DNA of 64,000 bases from Candidatus Sulfomarinibacteraceae bacterium (lineage in GTDB: Bacteria > Acidobacteriota > Thermoanaerobaculia > Thermoanaerobaculales > Sulfomarinibacteraceae). The DNA lies in assembly GCA_963796455.1 (NCBI GenBank), contig CAWCLO010000002.1, positions 96,001 to 160,000 on the forward strand, given 5' to 3'. Below are positions 19,207-29,499 of this stretch, in pieces; position 1 is the first letter of the stretch; every line of letters begins with the position of its first letter. The position numbers and the translations under genes are program-made. The notes under the pieces are model-generated. The model was not told where the DNA came from. It saw only the letters and a list, made by a program, of their open reading frames with translations, and ran no database searches.

Positions 19207-20364
19207 TCAGAAGGTACCGCGGAGCACGGTGGTTCCGTCGGACACCGCCATCCTTCCCCGCGCCATCAGATGAACGAATTCCAGATCGTCGTTGAAAAAG
19301 ATCAGATCGGCATCGGCGCCGGCCGCGACCCGTCCCTTGTGGTCGAGGCCGTAAAACCGCGCCGGGTTGGTGGAGAACAGGGCGAGCGCCCGCCGGAGAT
19401 CGAGGACGCCGTTGCCGACGATGAGCCGCAACTGTTCGAGCAGGGTTTTCTGGTTGGCCACATCGAGGCGTTCGAGATTTCCATCCCGGTCGAAAACCGG
19501 CAGGCTTCCGTTACTGTCGGAGCTGACACTGATGTTTTCGAGCGGAGCGCCGGCCTCTACTGCGAGCCGAACGGCCGCCTCGACGGTCATCGACGGGGCA
19601 TGGCTTCCGATCCCCGAAGTGAGATCGATGCGCCCTCCCTCGCGGGCATATTCAAGGGCCTGGTCGAGCAGCAATGGGTTGCGGTTGCAGTGGGTCGGGA
19701 TGATCTGGGTGATCGGGATTTCGGTCTCGTGAATGATGCGAAAGACCAGCTCGAGACCCCGCGAACCGTCTCCCAGGTGGAGGTGGAGGATCCCCGGTTT
19801 GCCGCCGAGCATGCCTCCGACCCGGCACTCGGCGGCAAGATGCGCCAATTGGTCGAACGTCGGTTGTGAAGAACGATGATCGGAGATGGCGATCTCGCCG
19901 GCGCCGAGCACCGACGGCAGGAGTGCGAGATCGGAGCGAACGTTTCCCGTCAGGGTCTGTACCGGGAGTTCGTAGGAACCAACGTAGACATAGGCCGAAA
20001 TGCCCTCCTGCACGAGGCCACGGGCCTTGGCCATCAGGGAACTCTGATGGCGCGTGACCCCGTCGGTGCCGAGGCAGCCGATGACTGTGGTCACTCCGCT
20101 CGTGACGATGTCTTCGATCCGGATTTCCGGGGCGCGCGTGGCCGGCCCGCCCTCGCCGCCGCCTCCGGTGAGGTGGAGGTGCGAGTCGACCAATCCGGGT
20201 GCGACCCTGAGACCCGAGGCGTCCATCTCCTCCACCTCGAGACCTGTGACCGTGATCTTCCCCGGCAAGGCCAGCGCGGCGATTTTCTCGCCGGCAATCA
20301 GAATATCGCGCACACCATCGGTCTCGTGATCGAGAATCGCCGCGTTTCGAATCAGCGTGAGCAT
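19207..20364 (-). CDS. iadA: Isoaspartyl dipeptidase (beta-aspartyl peptidase)
   Basis: DSHLHLTGGGGEGG, GCLGTDG, EIAISDHRSSQP and SSDSNGSLP. Start at MLTLIRNA. Confidence 0.93.
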   Translation of the reverse strand: MLTLIRNAAILDHETDGVRDILIAGEKIAALALPGKITVTGLEVEEMDASGLRVAPGLVDSHLHLTGGGGEGGPATRAPEIRIEDIVTSGVTTVIGCLGTDGVTRHQSSLMAKARGLVQEGISAYVYVGSYELPVQTLTGNVRSDLALLPSVLGAGEIAISDHRSSQPTFDQLAHLAAECRVGGMLGGKPGILHLHLGDGSRGLELVFRIIHETEIPITQIIPTHCNRNPLLLDQALEYAREGGRIDLTSGIGSHAPSMTVEAAVRLAVEAGAPLENISVSSDSNGSLPVFDRDGNLERLDVANQKTLLEQLRLIVGNGVLDLRRALALFSTNPARFYGLDHKGRVAAGADADLIFFNDDLEFVHLMARGRMAVSDGTTVLRGTF

Positions 20365-20383
20365 GGCTTCGGCCTCCTGATTC

Positions 20384-21774
20384 TCAGCAAGAGATCGGTT
20401 CGAAGTGGCAGGTGAAATGACGCAGGAGTCGCTCTGCGCTCGTGATGCGGTGGCCGCCGGAATCGCCACCCGGTCGCGCCACACCTCCTCGATGACCTCG
20501 ATCAGATAGTCGAAGTGGCTCTGGGTATAGACCCGGCGGGGAAATGCCAGGCGAACCAGCTCGAGCGGTGACGGTTGTTCGTTGCCGTCTTCGTCGAAAT
20601 GGCCGAACATCACGCTGCCGAGCTCGACGGCGCGGACGCCGCCCGCCAGATAGAGGGCGTTGACCACCCCGATGCCCGGGTAGTCGAGTTGCGGGATGTG
20701 CGGGCAGCATCGCGCGGGCGTCGAGAAAGACCGCGTGGCCGCCGGCAGGGCGCACCATCGGCACGCCGAGCGTGGTCAGCTTCTTCGACCATGTACTCCA
20801 CCGTGGCGTGGCGGTAGACCTGGTAGTCGTAGTCGAGCGCCTCCTGGAGACCGACCGCGATCGCTTCGAGGTCGCGGCCCGCGAGCCCGCCATAGGTGGG
20901 GAAACCCTCGCGCAGGATCAGCAGGTTGCGGAAGCGCTCGGCCCACTCGTCGTTGCGGCAGACCAGAAAGCCGCCGATGTTGGCGAGACCGTCCTTTTTG
21001 CAGCTCATGGTGGCGCCGTCGGCGAGCGAGAACATCTCCTGTGCGATCTCCATCAGCGGCCGGTCGCGGTAGCCGTCCTCCCGTTCGCGCACGAAGTAGG
21101 CATTCTCGGCAAAGCGGCAGGCGTCGATGATGAGCGGAATCCCGTGCTCGGCCAGGACCGCCTTGACGGCGCGTGAGGTTGGCCATCGAGACCGGCTGGC
21201 CGCCGCCGGTGTTGTTGGTGACCGTGACCATGGCGAAAGGGATCTTTTCGCGTGCCGTGCTCGGCGATGCAGGCGCGCAGAGCGTCCACATCCATGTTGC
21301 CCTTGAAGGGCGCCGCGGCCTGGGTGTCGAAGGCCTCGGCGCAGGGCAGGTTGAGAGCGGTCGGCTCCGCGGTACTCGATGTTGGCGCGGGTCGTGTCGA
21401 AGTGGCTGTTGTTGGGGATGACATCGCCGGGCTTCGACGATGCACTCGGCGAGGATGCCCTCGGCTGCACGGCCCTGGTGGGTCGGCAGGATGTGTGGCA
21501 TGCCGGTGATCTCGCGCGACCGCTGGCTTCGAAGCTTCTTCCACGACCGGCTGCCGGCGTAGCTCTCGTCGCCGAGCATCATGGCCGCCCACTGCTCGGT
21601 GGACATCGCGCCGGTGCCGCTGTCGGTCAGGAGGTCGATGCAGCAGTCCTCGGCGTCGAGCAGGAAGACGTTGTGATGGGCCTGGCTTCAGTGCCGCCAC
21701 CCGTTCCTCGGCCGAGTGGTGATCTTGAGGGGTTCGGTCATCTTGATGCGGAACGGTTCGATGATGGTGCGCAT
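20384..21774 (-). pseudogene. tnaA: Tryptophanase with at least 9 frameshifts, probably sequencing errors
   Basis: Joined frames give EPFRIK, DLLTDSGT, GDESYAGS, PTHQGRAAE, HFDTTRAN, MSCKKDG (PLP lysine), EGFPTYGGLAGRD, RLAFPRRVYT and LRHFT. Confidence 0.85.
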
Positions 21775-21877
21775 GGTCTCCTCCGGCGTGCAGGGTAACG
21801 GTTTTTTCAAACCGGGGGAAGCCGCGGACGTAATATGTAGAGTGCCCGCTCGATACTGTCGCGCGAAAGGACCATTG

Positions 21878-23263
21878 ATGTTTCCAACCACGACCTACCT
21901 CAGTCGTCGCGAGATCCTGAAGACCCGTTTCGAAGGCGGGCTGCTGCTCTTCCTCGGCAACAATGAAAGCCCCATGAACTATCCCGACAACTGCTACCCC
22001 TTTCGCCAGGACAGTTCGTTTCTGTATTACTTCGGTCTCAACCAACCCGAGTTGGCCGCGGTGATCGATATCGACCAGGACCGTACGGTGCTTTTTGGTG
22101 ACGAACTCACGATCGATCACATCGTGTGGATGGGGGACCTGCCCACGGTCTCCGAGCGCGCCGCTGACGTGGGAATTACGGACACCCGACCCCGGGCGGC
22201 CCTGGTCGAGGTGGTCAAGACGGCGATAGCCACCGGTCGTCCGGTTCACTATCTCCCTCCCTATCGGGCGGACAACTCGATTCTCCTTTCCGGGCTTCTC
22301 GGTTTACCCCTCACCGGGCTCGCCGATGGTGCTTCCCTCGATCTCGTCAGAGCCGTGATCGACCAACGATCGTCCAAGAGCGAAGAGGAAGTCGCCGAAC
22401 TGGACCGGGCCGCGAACATCTCGGTGGACATGCACGTCACAGCGATGCGGATGGCGCGACCGGGAATGATGGAAACCGAGATCGCAGCCGAGGCCGAGCG
22501 GGTTGCGGCCGCTGCTGGAGGCCGGATTTCTTTTCCTGTGATCGCCACCATCCACGGCGAGACCCTCCACAACCACTTCCACGGCAATGTTCTCTCTGAC
22601 GGCGACCTCTTTCTTCTCGATTGCGGCGCCGAGACCGCCATGGGTTATGCGGGCGATCTATCGTCGACCTTTCCGGTGAGCCCGGAGTTTTCCGAACCGC
22701 AAAGGATCATCTACGAGCTGCAGCTCGCGGCCTACGATGCCGCAGTATCGAAACTTGCACCCGGTGTTCCGAATCGCGAGGTGCACTTTGCCGCGGCCCG
22801 CGTCATCGCCGAGGGCATGAAGGATCTCGGGTTGATGAAAGGGAATATTGACGACGCCCTCGCCAATGGAGCGCACGCCATGTTCTTTCCCTGCGGCGTG
22901 GGTCACATGATGGGTCTCGACGTCCACGATATGGAGGACCTCGGCGAGGTGTGGGTCGGTTATGGCGGTGAGGCCAAGAGCACCCAGTTCGGCCTCAAGT
23001 CCCTTCGGCTCGGGCGCGAACTCGAGGCGGGCTTTGTGGTGACCATCGAACCTGGGATCTACTTCATTCCCCAGTTGATGGATCTCTGGCGTTCCGAGGG
23101 CCGCTGCGCCGAATATCTCGACTTTGATGCCCTGGATGCGTGGCGGGACTTTGGCGGCATCCGCAACGAGGAGGACTATCTGATCACCCCTGACGGCGCC
23201 CGCCGCCTCGGCAAGGCGAAACCGCTCCGAATCAACGAGGTCGAAGCGCTGCGAAAGGCTTGA
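21878..23263 (+). CDS. pepP: Xaa-Pro aminopeptidase (M24B)
   Basis: YPFRQDSSFLY, LLDCGAE..GYAGDLS, GHMMGLDVHD, TIEPGIYF and GGIRNEED. Confidence 0.9.
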   Translation: MFPTTTYLSRREILKTRFEGGLLLFLGNNESPMNYPDNCYPFRQDSSFLYYFGLNQPELAAVIDIDQDRTVLFGDELTIDHIVWMGDLPTVSERAADVGITDTRPRAALVEVVKTAIATGRPVHYLPPYRADNSILLSGLLGLPLTGLADGASLDLVRAVIDQRSSKSEEEVAELDRAANISVDMHVTAMRMARPGMMETEIAAEAERVAAAAGGRISFPVIATIHGETLHNHFHGNVLSDGDLFLLDCGAETAMGYAGDLSSTFPVSPEFSEPQRIIYELQLAAYDAAVSKLAPGVPNREVHFAAARVIAEGMKDLGLMKGNIDDALANGAHAMFFPCGVGHMMGLDVHDMEDLGEVWVGYGGEAKSTQFGLKSLRLGRELEAGFVVTIEPGIYFIPQLMDLWRSEGRCAEYLDFDALDAWRDFGGIRNEEDYLITPDGARRLGKAKPLRINEVEALRKA

Positions 23264-23361
23264 TCCGGTTTGCCTCCGGGAGGCTTTGTCGATCGAATGA
23301 CTGAGGCATTCGGCCGGGTGGCGTATACTGAGTCGAAATCTCGACACAAATGGAGGCCGCA

Positions 23362-24051
23362 ATGTTCGCGAAGGTCTTTCTGATTGTGCTCGCTTTGGTG
23401 ATGGTGGTCGCGGCGTGTGCCTTCTTCTATATCGGTCCGAGAAACGTGATCGGTGTCCTCACCTATGGCCGGCAGGCGCGCGATGGCGATCTCCAGGTCG
23501 GGGATGCCATTCCGACGGTGAGCGTCGTCGCCCTCGATGGCGAGAGCCAACGAGAACTGAGCGAGTGGATCGGGATGCGACCGCTGGTTCTCGTCTTTGG
23601 CAGCTTCACCTGACCACCCTTCCGGCGCTCGGTCGAGCGCGTGGACCAGATCAGAACCCGTTTTGAAGACCGTGCCGAGTTTCTGACCGTGTACATCAAA
23701 GAGGCCCACCCGGAAGACGAGTGGCAGATGACCGTCAACGAAGATCAGGGAGTTTGCTACACCCAGCCCCAGACCCTCGCCGATCGGGTGCTGATCGCCA
23801 ATGATTTCAGCGAGCGTTTCGAGTATGCGATGACACTTGTGGTGGATCCGATGGAAAATCCGGCCGAGGAGGCTTTTGCCGCCTGGCCGGAACGACTCTA
23901 TGTCGTTGGGTCGGACGGCCTGATCGCCTACAAGGGCCGCAAGGGCCCCTTTGGTTTCGATCCGGATGAACTCGAGCGTTGGCTCGAGGAGAATCTGCCG
24001 CCCGCGGGGGAGATCGAATCGACCCCGGAAGCGGCGGCGGCACCCTTCTAG
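23362..24051 (+). CDS. Iodothyronine deiodinase-like selenoprotein (TGA 23611-23613 read as Sec), 229 aa
   Basis: ORFs 23350..23613 and 23641..24051 share a frame. Readthrough gives RPLVLVFGSFT-U-PPF...FLTVYIKEAHPEDEW...AWPERLYV...KGPFG. N-terminal TM helix and GGAGG RBS. Confidence 0.88.
23621..23645 (+). promoter_or_regulatory. Bacterial SECIS-like hairpin
   Basis: TCC-G-GCGCTC-[GGTC]-GAGCGC-GT-GGA; the G-starting apical loop begins 17 nt after the UGA. Confidence 0.7.
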
Positions 24052-24061
24052 CGGCGAGATC

Positions 24062-25156
24062 TCATCCGAGCCGGACGCGGTAGCGGAGGCGGGCAAAGGT
24101 GATGATGATGGTGGCCAGACCGATCAGAGCGAGGGCCTCGGGCCACAGGACCTCGAGACCCGCCCCTTTCAAAAACACGCCGCGCAGGATGGTGATGTAG
24201 TAGCGCAGAGGAATCGCGTACGAGATCCACTGAAAAATCTGCGGCATGTTCTGGATCGGAAAGACGAAACCCGAGAGATAGATCTGCGGCATCATCACGA
24301 CAAAGGTCGAGATCATCATCGCCTGTTGCTGGGTGCGCGAAAGGGTCGAGACCAGCAGTCCGAAACCGAGACAACAGACGATGAAGGGCGCAGTCAGCAG
24401 GCAGAGAGTCCAGAAGGCGCCTCGAAGAGGAACCTGGAACCAGAAGAGTACAACCGTCAGCGCTGTCAGGAACTCGACCACCCCCACCAGTGCATAGGGC
24501 ACCAGTTTGCCGGCGATCACGGCGCTCGGCGTCAGCGGCGTGACCAGGAGCTGCTCCATGGTGCCGATTTCTGTTTCGCGCACGATGGCCATGGAGGAGA
24601 GCATCATGGTCATGATCAGGATGATCAAAGCGAGCACCCCGGGGACCATGTAGTAGCGGCTCAGGAGATCCGGGTTGTAGAGCACCGTTGGCCTCAGCTC
24701 GAGCGGCAACCGCGCTCCTTCCGAATCGGCGGCCGTTTGCAGGACCCCCTGGGCGTAGGCGAGACCGACGGTCCCGATCATTGGGTCCGAGCCATCAGCC
24801 ACGACCTGGATTCTGGCGCTCCGGCCCGCTTCTTTATCGGCTGAGAATCCGGCGGGTATGGTCACCGCGACCCGGGCATCACCGCTCGCGAGCCACGGGT
24901 CGAGTTCGTCCTGGGTGTCGACCGTGGCGACCTGTCGAAAATAGGTGGACGCGCCGAAGCTCTCGAGGAGCTGACGGCTCAGGGGCGACCGGTCGAGGTC
25001 GCAGACGGCAAGTTCGACCATTTTGATGTCGGTGGTGGCGGCATAGGCGAGGAGGGTCAGCTGAATGACCGGGGCGACAAAGAGCACTGAGAGTGTCTTG
25101 GGATCGCGCTTGAGCTGAATGAGCTCCTTCACCAGCATGTTCAAGAGCATTCGCAC
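24062..25156 (-). CDS. ABC-2 type permease (YbhR-like)
   Basis: KELIQLKRD, YNPDL and IVRETEIGTMEQLLVTP. Confidence 0.9.
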   Translation of the reverse strand: MRMLLNMLVKELIQLKRDPKTLSVLFVAPVIQLTLLAYAATTDIKMVELAVCDLDRSPLSRQLLESFGASTYFRQVATVDTQDELDPWLASGDARVAVTIPAGFSADKEAGRSARIQVVADGSDPMIGTVGLAYAQGVLQTAADSEGARLPLELRPTVLYNPDLLSRYYMVPGVLALIILIMTMMLSSMAIVRETEIGTMEQLLVTPLTPSAVIAGKLVPYALVGVVEFLTALTVVLFWFQVPLRGAFWTLCLLTAPFIVCCLGFGLLVSTLSRTQQQAMMISTFVVMMPQIYLSGFVFPIQNMPQIFQWISYAIPLRYYITILRGVFLKGAGLEVLWPEALALIGLATIIITFARLRYRVRLG

Positions 25157-26259
25157 TACAAACTCCTCAACATGCGGATTGTTGCCAATAGCAAAACGAT
25201 GCTGGCGTAGATGATCAACCCGGCGGCCTCATCCCACCACATGAAGGGTCCGACGCCTTTCAAGACGATGGAGCGCAGTGCGGCGATGTAGTAGCGGGCG
25301 GGAACGATCACCGTCAGCATCTGCAGCGCCTTTGGCATCGAGGAAATGGGGAAGATAAAGCCGGACAACAACAGGGTCGGCAGCATGGACGAAAGCAGGC
25401 TGAGCTGGAAGGCCAACTGCTGGCTGTCGGCCAGAGTCGAGATGAAGATGCCCCAGCCGAGCCCCCCGGCGAGAAAGAGCAGCGTGACCAGCGCGAGCCA
25501 GACGAGCGATCCGTTGATGGGGACATCAAAAAGGGCCCAGGCCAGAAACAGTGAACCCGTTGCCGAAACCGAGGCCACCAGGAGATAGGGGAGTGTCTTG
25601 CCGAGCAGAAGCTCGATGGCCCGGATCGGTGTCGCCCGCAGCGACTCCATGGTGCCGCGCTCTTTTTCGCGCACCACCGCCAAAGCGGTGGCGATCACCG
25701 AGGACACCATCAGAATAAAGGCCAGAAGACCGGGCACGAGAAAAATGGTCGATCGCAGATCGGGGTTGTACCAGACCAGTGGTGCCGCCTCGAATGGAGG
25801 TCTCACCTCGATGTCGAACACGGCCCCGGTCTGAGCCGCAACGATCTGGCGCGCATATCCCAGCACCGTGTTGGCCGTCTGAGCATCGGTTCCATCGAGC
25901 ACGAACTGGATCGAGGTCGGCCGGCGGGCTGCAACGGCCGAAGAAAAATCCCTGGGGATGATCAGCGCCGCCTGGATGGAGTTGTCCAGAAAAAGGCCGT
26001 CGAGCGGTCGCACATCGTCCACCACCGCCCGTTGCACGAAGTAGCCGCTCCGGAGAAAAGCCTCGATCACTTTTCGTGAATCGTGGGTCCGGCACTGATC
26101 GACGACTCCCAACCGGATGTCGGTGACATCGAAACTGAGCGCGAATCCATAGATCATCAACAAAACCACAGGCATCGCCAGCAGCGCCAGAGCGGTCCGC
26201 CAGTCCCGTTTGAGCTGGAGAAGCTCTTTGACCGTGGTGGCAAGGACCCGGCGAATCAT
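25156..26259 (-). CDS. ABC-2 type permease (YbhS-like)
   Basis: KELLQLKRD, WYNPDL and VVREKERGTMESL. Start at MIRRVLA. Confidence 0.9.
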   Translation of the reverse strand: MIRRVLATTVKELLQLKRDWRTALALLAMPVVLLMIYGFALSFDVTDIRLGVVDQCRTHDSRKVIEAFLRSGYFVQRAVVDDVRPLDGLFLDNSIQAALIIPRDFSSAVAARRPTSIQFVLDGTDAQTANTVLGYARQIVAAQTGAVFDIEVRPPFEAAPLVWYNPDLRSTIFLVPGLLAFILMVSSVIATALAVVREKERGTMESLRATPIRAIELLLGKTLPYLLVASVSATGSLFLAWALFDVPINGSLVWLALVTLLFLAGGLGWGIFISTLADSQQLAFQLSLLSSMLPTLLLSGFIFPISSMPKALQMLTVIVPARYYIAALRSIVLKGVGPFMWWDEAAGLIIYASIVLLLATIRMLRSL

Positions 26260-27227
26260 CCCTGGAGGCCTTCTTCGGCTTCGCGAATCGATCGGATGAA
26301 GACATCTTCCAGTGTCGGCGCCACCGGTTCCACCGAAACCGGGGCAAAGCCCCGGGCCTCGAGGTGTTCGCGGACGATTCGAGCCGCAGCCGGATCTTTG
26401 ACGACGGCGTGAAGCACATTGCCAAAAAGGGCTGCATCGGCCACCTCTGCGAGTTCCTCGATCGTTTCGAGTGCGCGCGACGCGTCGTGGCACTCCACTT
26501 CGAGAACGGAGCCCGGCGCAAAGACCTTTTTGAGCTCGGGGACGGTGTCCAGGGCGAGGAGTTTTCCGGCGTGCATCAGGGCCACCCTGTGACAGCGCTC
26601 GGCCTCATCCATGTAGTGGGTGGTGACAAAGACGGTGGTTCCCTGATTCGAAAGATCGTCGATGAGATCCCAGAACCGGCGGCGGGCTTCGGGGTCGACG
26701 CCCCCGGTTGGTTCGTCGAGAAAGACCACCGGTGGTTGGTGAAGCAGGGCACAGGAAAGGGCGAGACGTTGCCTGAAACCACCTGGTAGATCAGCCACCA
26801 GAGCCTTGTGCCGAGGCCCGAGGCCGGTCATTTCGAAGGCCCACGCACGGCGTTCTTCGAACTTCTTGCCCCAGACCCGGTGGGTTCCCGCCCAGAAGCG
26901 GAGATTCTCGTCGACCGTCAGATCGTCATAGAGCGAGAATTTCTGCGACATGTATCCGATCCGGGTCTTGATCTCCGCTGATTGGGTGGCCGCGTCAAAG
27001 CCGGCCACCGTGCCACTTCCCGAAGTCGGTCTGAGCAGACCGCAGAGCATGCGAATGACGGTTGTCTTGCCGGCGCCGTTGGAACCGAGGAAGCCGAAGA
27101 TTTCACCCGGCGCCACCTCGAATGAGACGCGATCGACAGCAATGAACTCACCGAATTTGCGGGTCAGTTCCTTTGCCGAGACCATGATCTCGGAAGAATC
27201 GCGTCTGCTGGCGGTCGCTGAGATCAC
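26256..27227 (-). CDS. ABC transporter ATP-binding protein
   Basis: GSNGAGKTT, LPGG, FLDEPT and TTHYMDEAE. Confidence 0.92.
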   Translation of the reverse strand: MISATASRRDSSEIMVSAKELTRKFGEFIAVDRVSFEVAPGEIFGFLGSNGAGKTTVIRMLCGLLRPTSGSGTVAGFDAATQSAEIKTRIGYMSQKFSLYDDLTVDENLRFWAGTHRVWGKKFEERRAWAFEMTGLGPRHKALVADLPGGFRQRLALSCALLHQPPVVFLDEPTGGVDPEARRRFWDLIDDLSNQGTTVFVTTHYMDEAERCHRVALMHAGKLLALDTVPELKKVFAPGSVLEVECHDASRALETIEELAEVADAALFGNVLHAVVKDPAAARIVREHLEARGFAPVSVEPVAPTLEDVFIRSIREAEEGLQG

Positions 27228-28546
27228 TGACCGACCGCCCGCTGCAGCGTCGCGTGAGCCGTCCAGGCGCTGACTCGGGTCTTGACCTGAGCGACCTCTG
27301 CTGTGGTCAGGTCAGCCTGGGCGTCAAGCAGTTCGGAGAGCATCGCGAGCCCGGCGGCATAGCGCTCGCTGGATGCCTCTTCCCACGCCTCGGCGGCGGC
27401 GGCGGAGGCGTCGGAGGATGTGACGGCCTCGAGAGCTGACTCCAGATCCAGCCGGGCGATCGTGACCTCGAGTTTGATCTGCCGTTCAAGCTCTGCACGG
27501 TCGTGTTGTCGAGCGCGTTGTTCGGCCTCGACCTCGGCGACCTGGGCCCTAGCCCGGCTGCCGTCAAAAAGTTGCCAGCTGGCCGCGACGCCGACAAGCC
27601 ACGAGTCATTCCGCTCGTCCACAGGAGGTAGGAAGCGATTGTTCGGACGAGCGATGAGGTATTGGCCGGTGGCGGCAACCGCCGGTTTTCTGATGGCGTT
27701 GAGCGCCCGGGCCTTCGCTCCGAAACCCTCGATCTGGGCGTCGGTGATCTTGAGCTCGGGGCGGCCGTTGATGGCCTGGTCTTCGAGCTTTTGCCGCGAC
27801 GGCGGACGCGTGGGAACGCGGTCGGTCCTGGCGTCATCCAGTGTGAGCCCGGTGGTTTCTTCGATTCCAAGGAGGGAGCGGAGACGGGCCAGGGCCTGTT
27901 CGGCCGCATTCTTCGACCGAATCACATCGACCTCGGCGGCAGCGAGACGTGCTTCGGCGGCAAAGACATCGGCGTTGACCGCCATCCCCGCGTCCCGCAG
28001 CGCGCGTGCGTCTTCGAGCAAACGCCTGGATCGTTTGCGTTGTGCCTCGGCCACATCGACGGCTGAGGCGGCGGCCACCGCGGACCAGTAGTGCATGCGT
28101 CCGGAGTATGCGAGGTCGAGCTCGGTGACGGATTGTGACCAGCTCGCCGCCGTTTCGTGCTGCCGGGCGGCATCCCGTTGGGCGGTGATCGCGCCACCGG
28201 TGTAGACGGGTTGGGAAACCGTGAGATCGATGCGGTAGTGATTCTGAATGTTGGGAAAGAGAATGAAGATGGGCTCATCCGGATCGTCGGAAGCAACTCC
28301 GAACTCCGGCACCGAGCTGTGCCGGGTGTAACTGGCGTTGGTGGAGAGCACCGGCAATCGCGCGGCGTCCGCGGCCTTGACGGCAAATTCGGAGGCCTCG
28401 ACCCGGTCAGCGGCCGCCGTGGTCAGGGTCGATGCACGAACCGCCATGGTAGCCGCGGTCTCCGCGTCGAGGTGAAGCTCGGCGCCGTGAGCCGGTGCGA
28501 CAACGGCGGCAAGGAGGAAGAAGTAGACGAATGACTTGGATTTCAT
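27224..28546 (-). CDS. TolC family outer membrane efflux protein
   Basis: Signal peptide MKSKSF, SQPVYTGG, WQLFDG and ERYAAG..ELLDAQ. Confidence 0.88.
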   Translation of the reverse strand: MKSKSFVYFFLLAAVVAPAHGAELHLDAETAATMAVRASTLTTAAADRVEASEFAVKAADAARLPVLSTNASYTRHSSVPEFGVASDDPDEPIFILFPNIQNHYRIDLTVSQPVYTGGAITAQRDAARQHETAASWSQSVTELDLAYSGRMHYWSAVAAASAVDVAEAQRKRSRRLLEDARALRDAGMAVNADVFAAEARLAAAEVDVIRSKNAAEQALARLRSLLGIEETTGLTLDDARTDRVPTRPPSRQKLEDQAINGRPELKITDAQIEGFGAKARALNAIRKPAVAATGQYLIARPNNRFLPPVDERNDSWLVGVAASWQLFDGSRARAQVAEVEAEQRARQHDRAELERQIKLEVTIARLDLESALEAVTSSDASAAAAEAWEEASSERYAAGLAMLSELLDAQADLTTAEVAQVKTRVSAWTAHATLQRAVGQ

Positions 28547-29490
28547 GCTGCCTCCGTCGATGAGGGCTTGTCGGTGTTCCGCGTCAGATAAAGAAATGCG
28601 TCTTCGAGGCCGGCGGGGATGATTTCTGCAGACGACACCTCGACACCAGGTGTCGAGAGGATTTGCCGGACCAGATTGATCGGGTCTTTTTCGTCGACAC
28701 AGTGGACGTGGAGGGTCGTGCCGAAGACGCTGACATCGGCTATGGATTCGTGAGCGGTCAGGGCTTCCACGGCGGCATTCCGTGTATTGACCATGACCTC
28801 CACAACCGCGCCGGGCATCAGGGAGGGAATCTCCCGCGGCCGTGCATCTGCCACCAGAACGCCTTCGTGCATCAGAAGCACCCGGGTGCAACGTTCCGCT
28901 TCGTCAAGATAGGGCGTGGCCACCAGCAGCGTGAGGCCCTCGCTCACCAGATCGGCGAGCAATCGCCAGAATTCCCGCCGGGTGACCGGATCGACCCCGG
29001 TTGTGGGTTCGTCGAGCAACAGGGCGAGAGGCGAATGGATGAGCGTGCAGGCCAGGGCGAGCTTTTGTTTCATGCCTCCCGAGAGGCGGTCGGCAAGCCG
29101 GGTGTTGAATGACGCCAGGCCGACCAGTTCGAGGAGCTCCCGGCGTCGTTTCCGCCACGCTGGGACGCCGTACATCATGGCGAAGAACTGGACATTTTCG
29201 TCGACCGTCAGATCGCCATAGAGCGCAAAACGTTGCGCAAGATACCCGAGCCGGGTATGAAGCTTTCTCCGTGCTCGCCAACAGTCCATTGAAAATGCGG
29301 TGGCGGTCCCGCCGCCGGCCGGTTGCAGCCCGCCCAGGACCCTGAGCGTTGATGTTTTTCCGGCACCGTCAGGACCGATCAAACCCACGACCTCCCCGGA
29401 TCCGACCGAAAAAGATACGTGGCGCACGGCCTCGTGGTCCCCGTATCTCACAACCAGGTCGCGCGCATCCAACAAGGCATCAACGGTCAC
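28543..29490 (-). CDS. ABC transporter ATP-binding protein
   Basis: GPDGAGKTS, LSGGMKQKL and LLDEPTTGVDP. Confidence 0.92.
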   Translation of the reverse strand: MTVDALLDARDLVVRYGDHEAVRHVSFSVGSGEVVGLIGPDGAGKTSTLRVLGGLQPAGGGTATAFSMDCWRARRKLHTRLGYLAQRFALYGDLTVDENVQFFAMMYGVPAWRKRRRELLELVGLASFNTRLADRLSGGMKQKLALACTLIHSPLALLLDEPTTGVDPVTRREFWRLLADLVSEGLTLLVATPYLDEAERCTRVLLMHEGVLVADARPREIPSLMPGAVVEVMVNTRNAAVEALTAHESIADVSVFGTTLHVHCVDEKDPINLVRQILSTPGVEVSSAEIIPAGLEDAFLYLTRNTDKPSSTEAA

Positions 29491-29499
29491 GAGATTCCC

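Noticed and set aside
19207..20667. 486-aa TnaA-IadA fusion suggested by the ORF track
   Set aside because: It is an artefact of a tnaA frameshift; iadA has its own AGGAGG RBS and ATG at 20364.
20384..21774. Programmed frameshifting or phase variation in tnaA; tyrosine phenol-lyase call
   Set aside because: There are too many shifts and no slippery tracts. His in LRHFT and the absence of the TPL-type Arg favour tryptophanase.
23350..24051. Two separate small genes, or a nonsense pseudogene
   Set aside because: The TGA falls exactly at the deiodinase Sec position and is followed by a SECIS-like stem.
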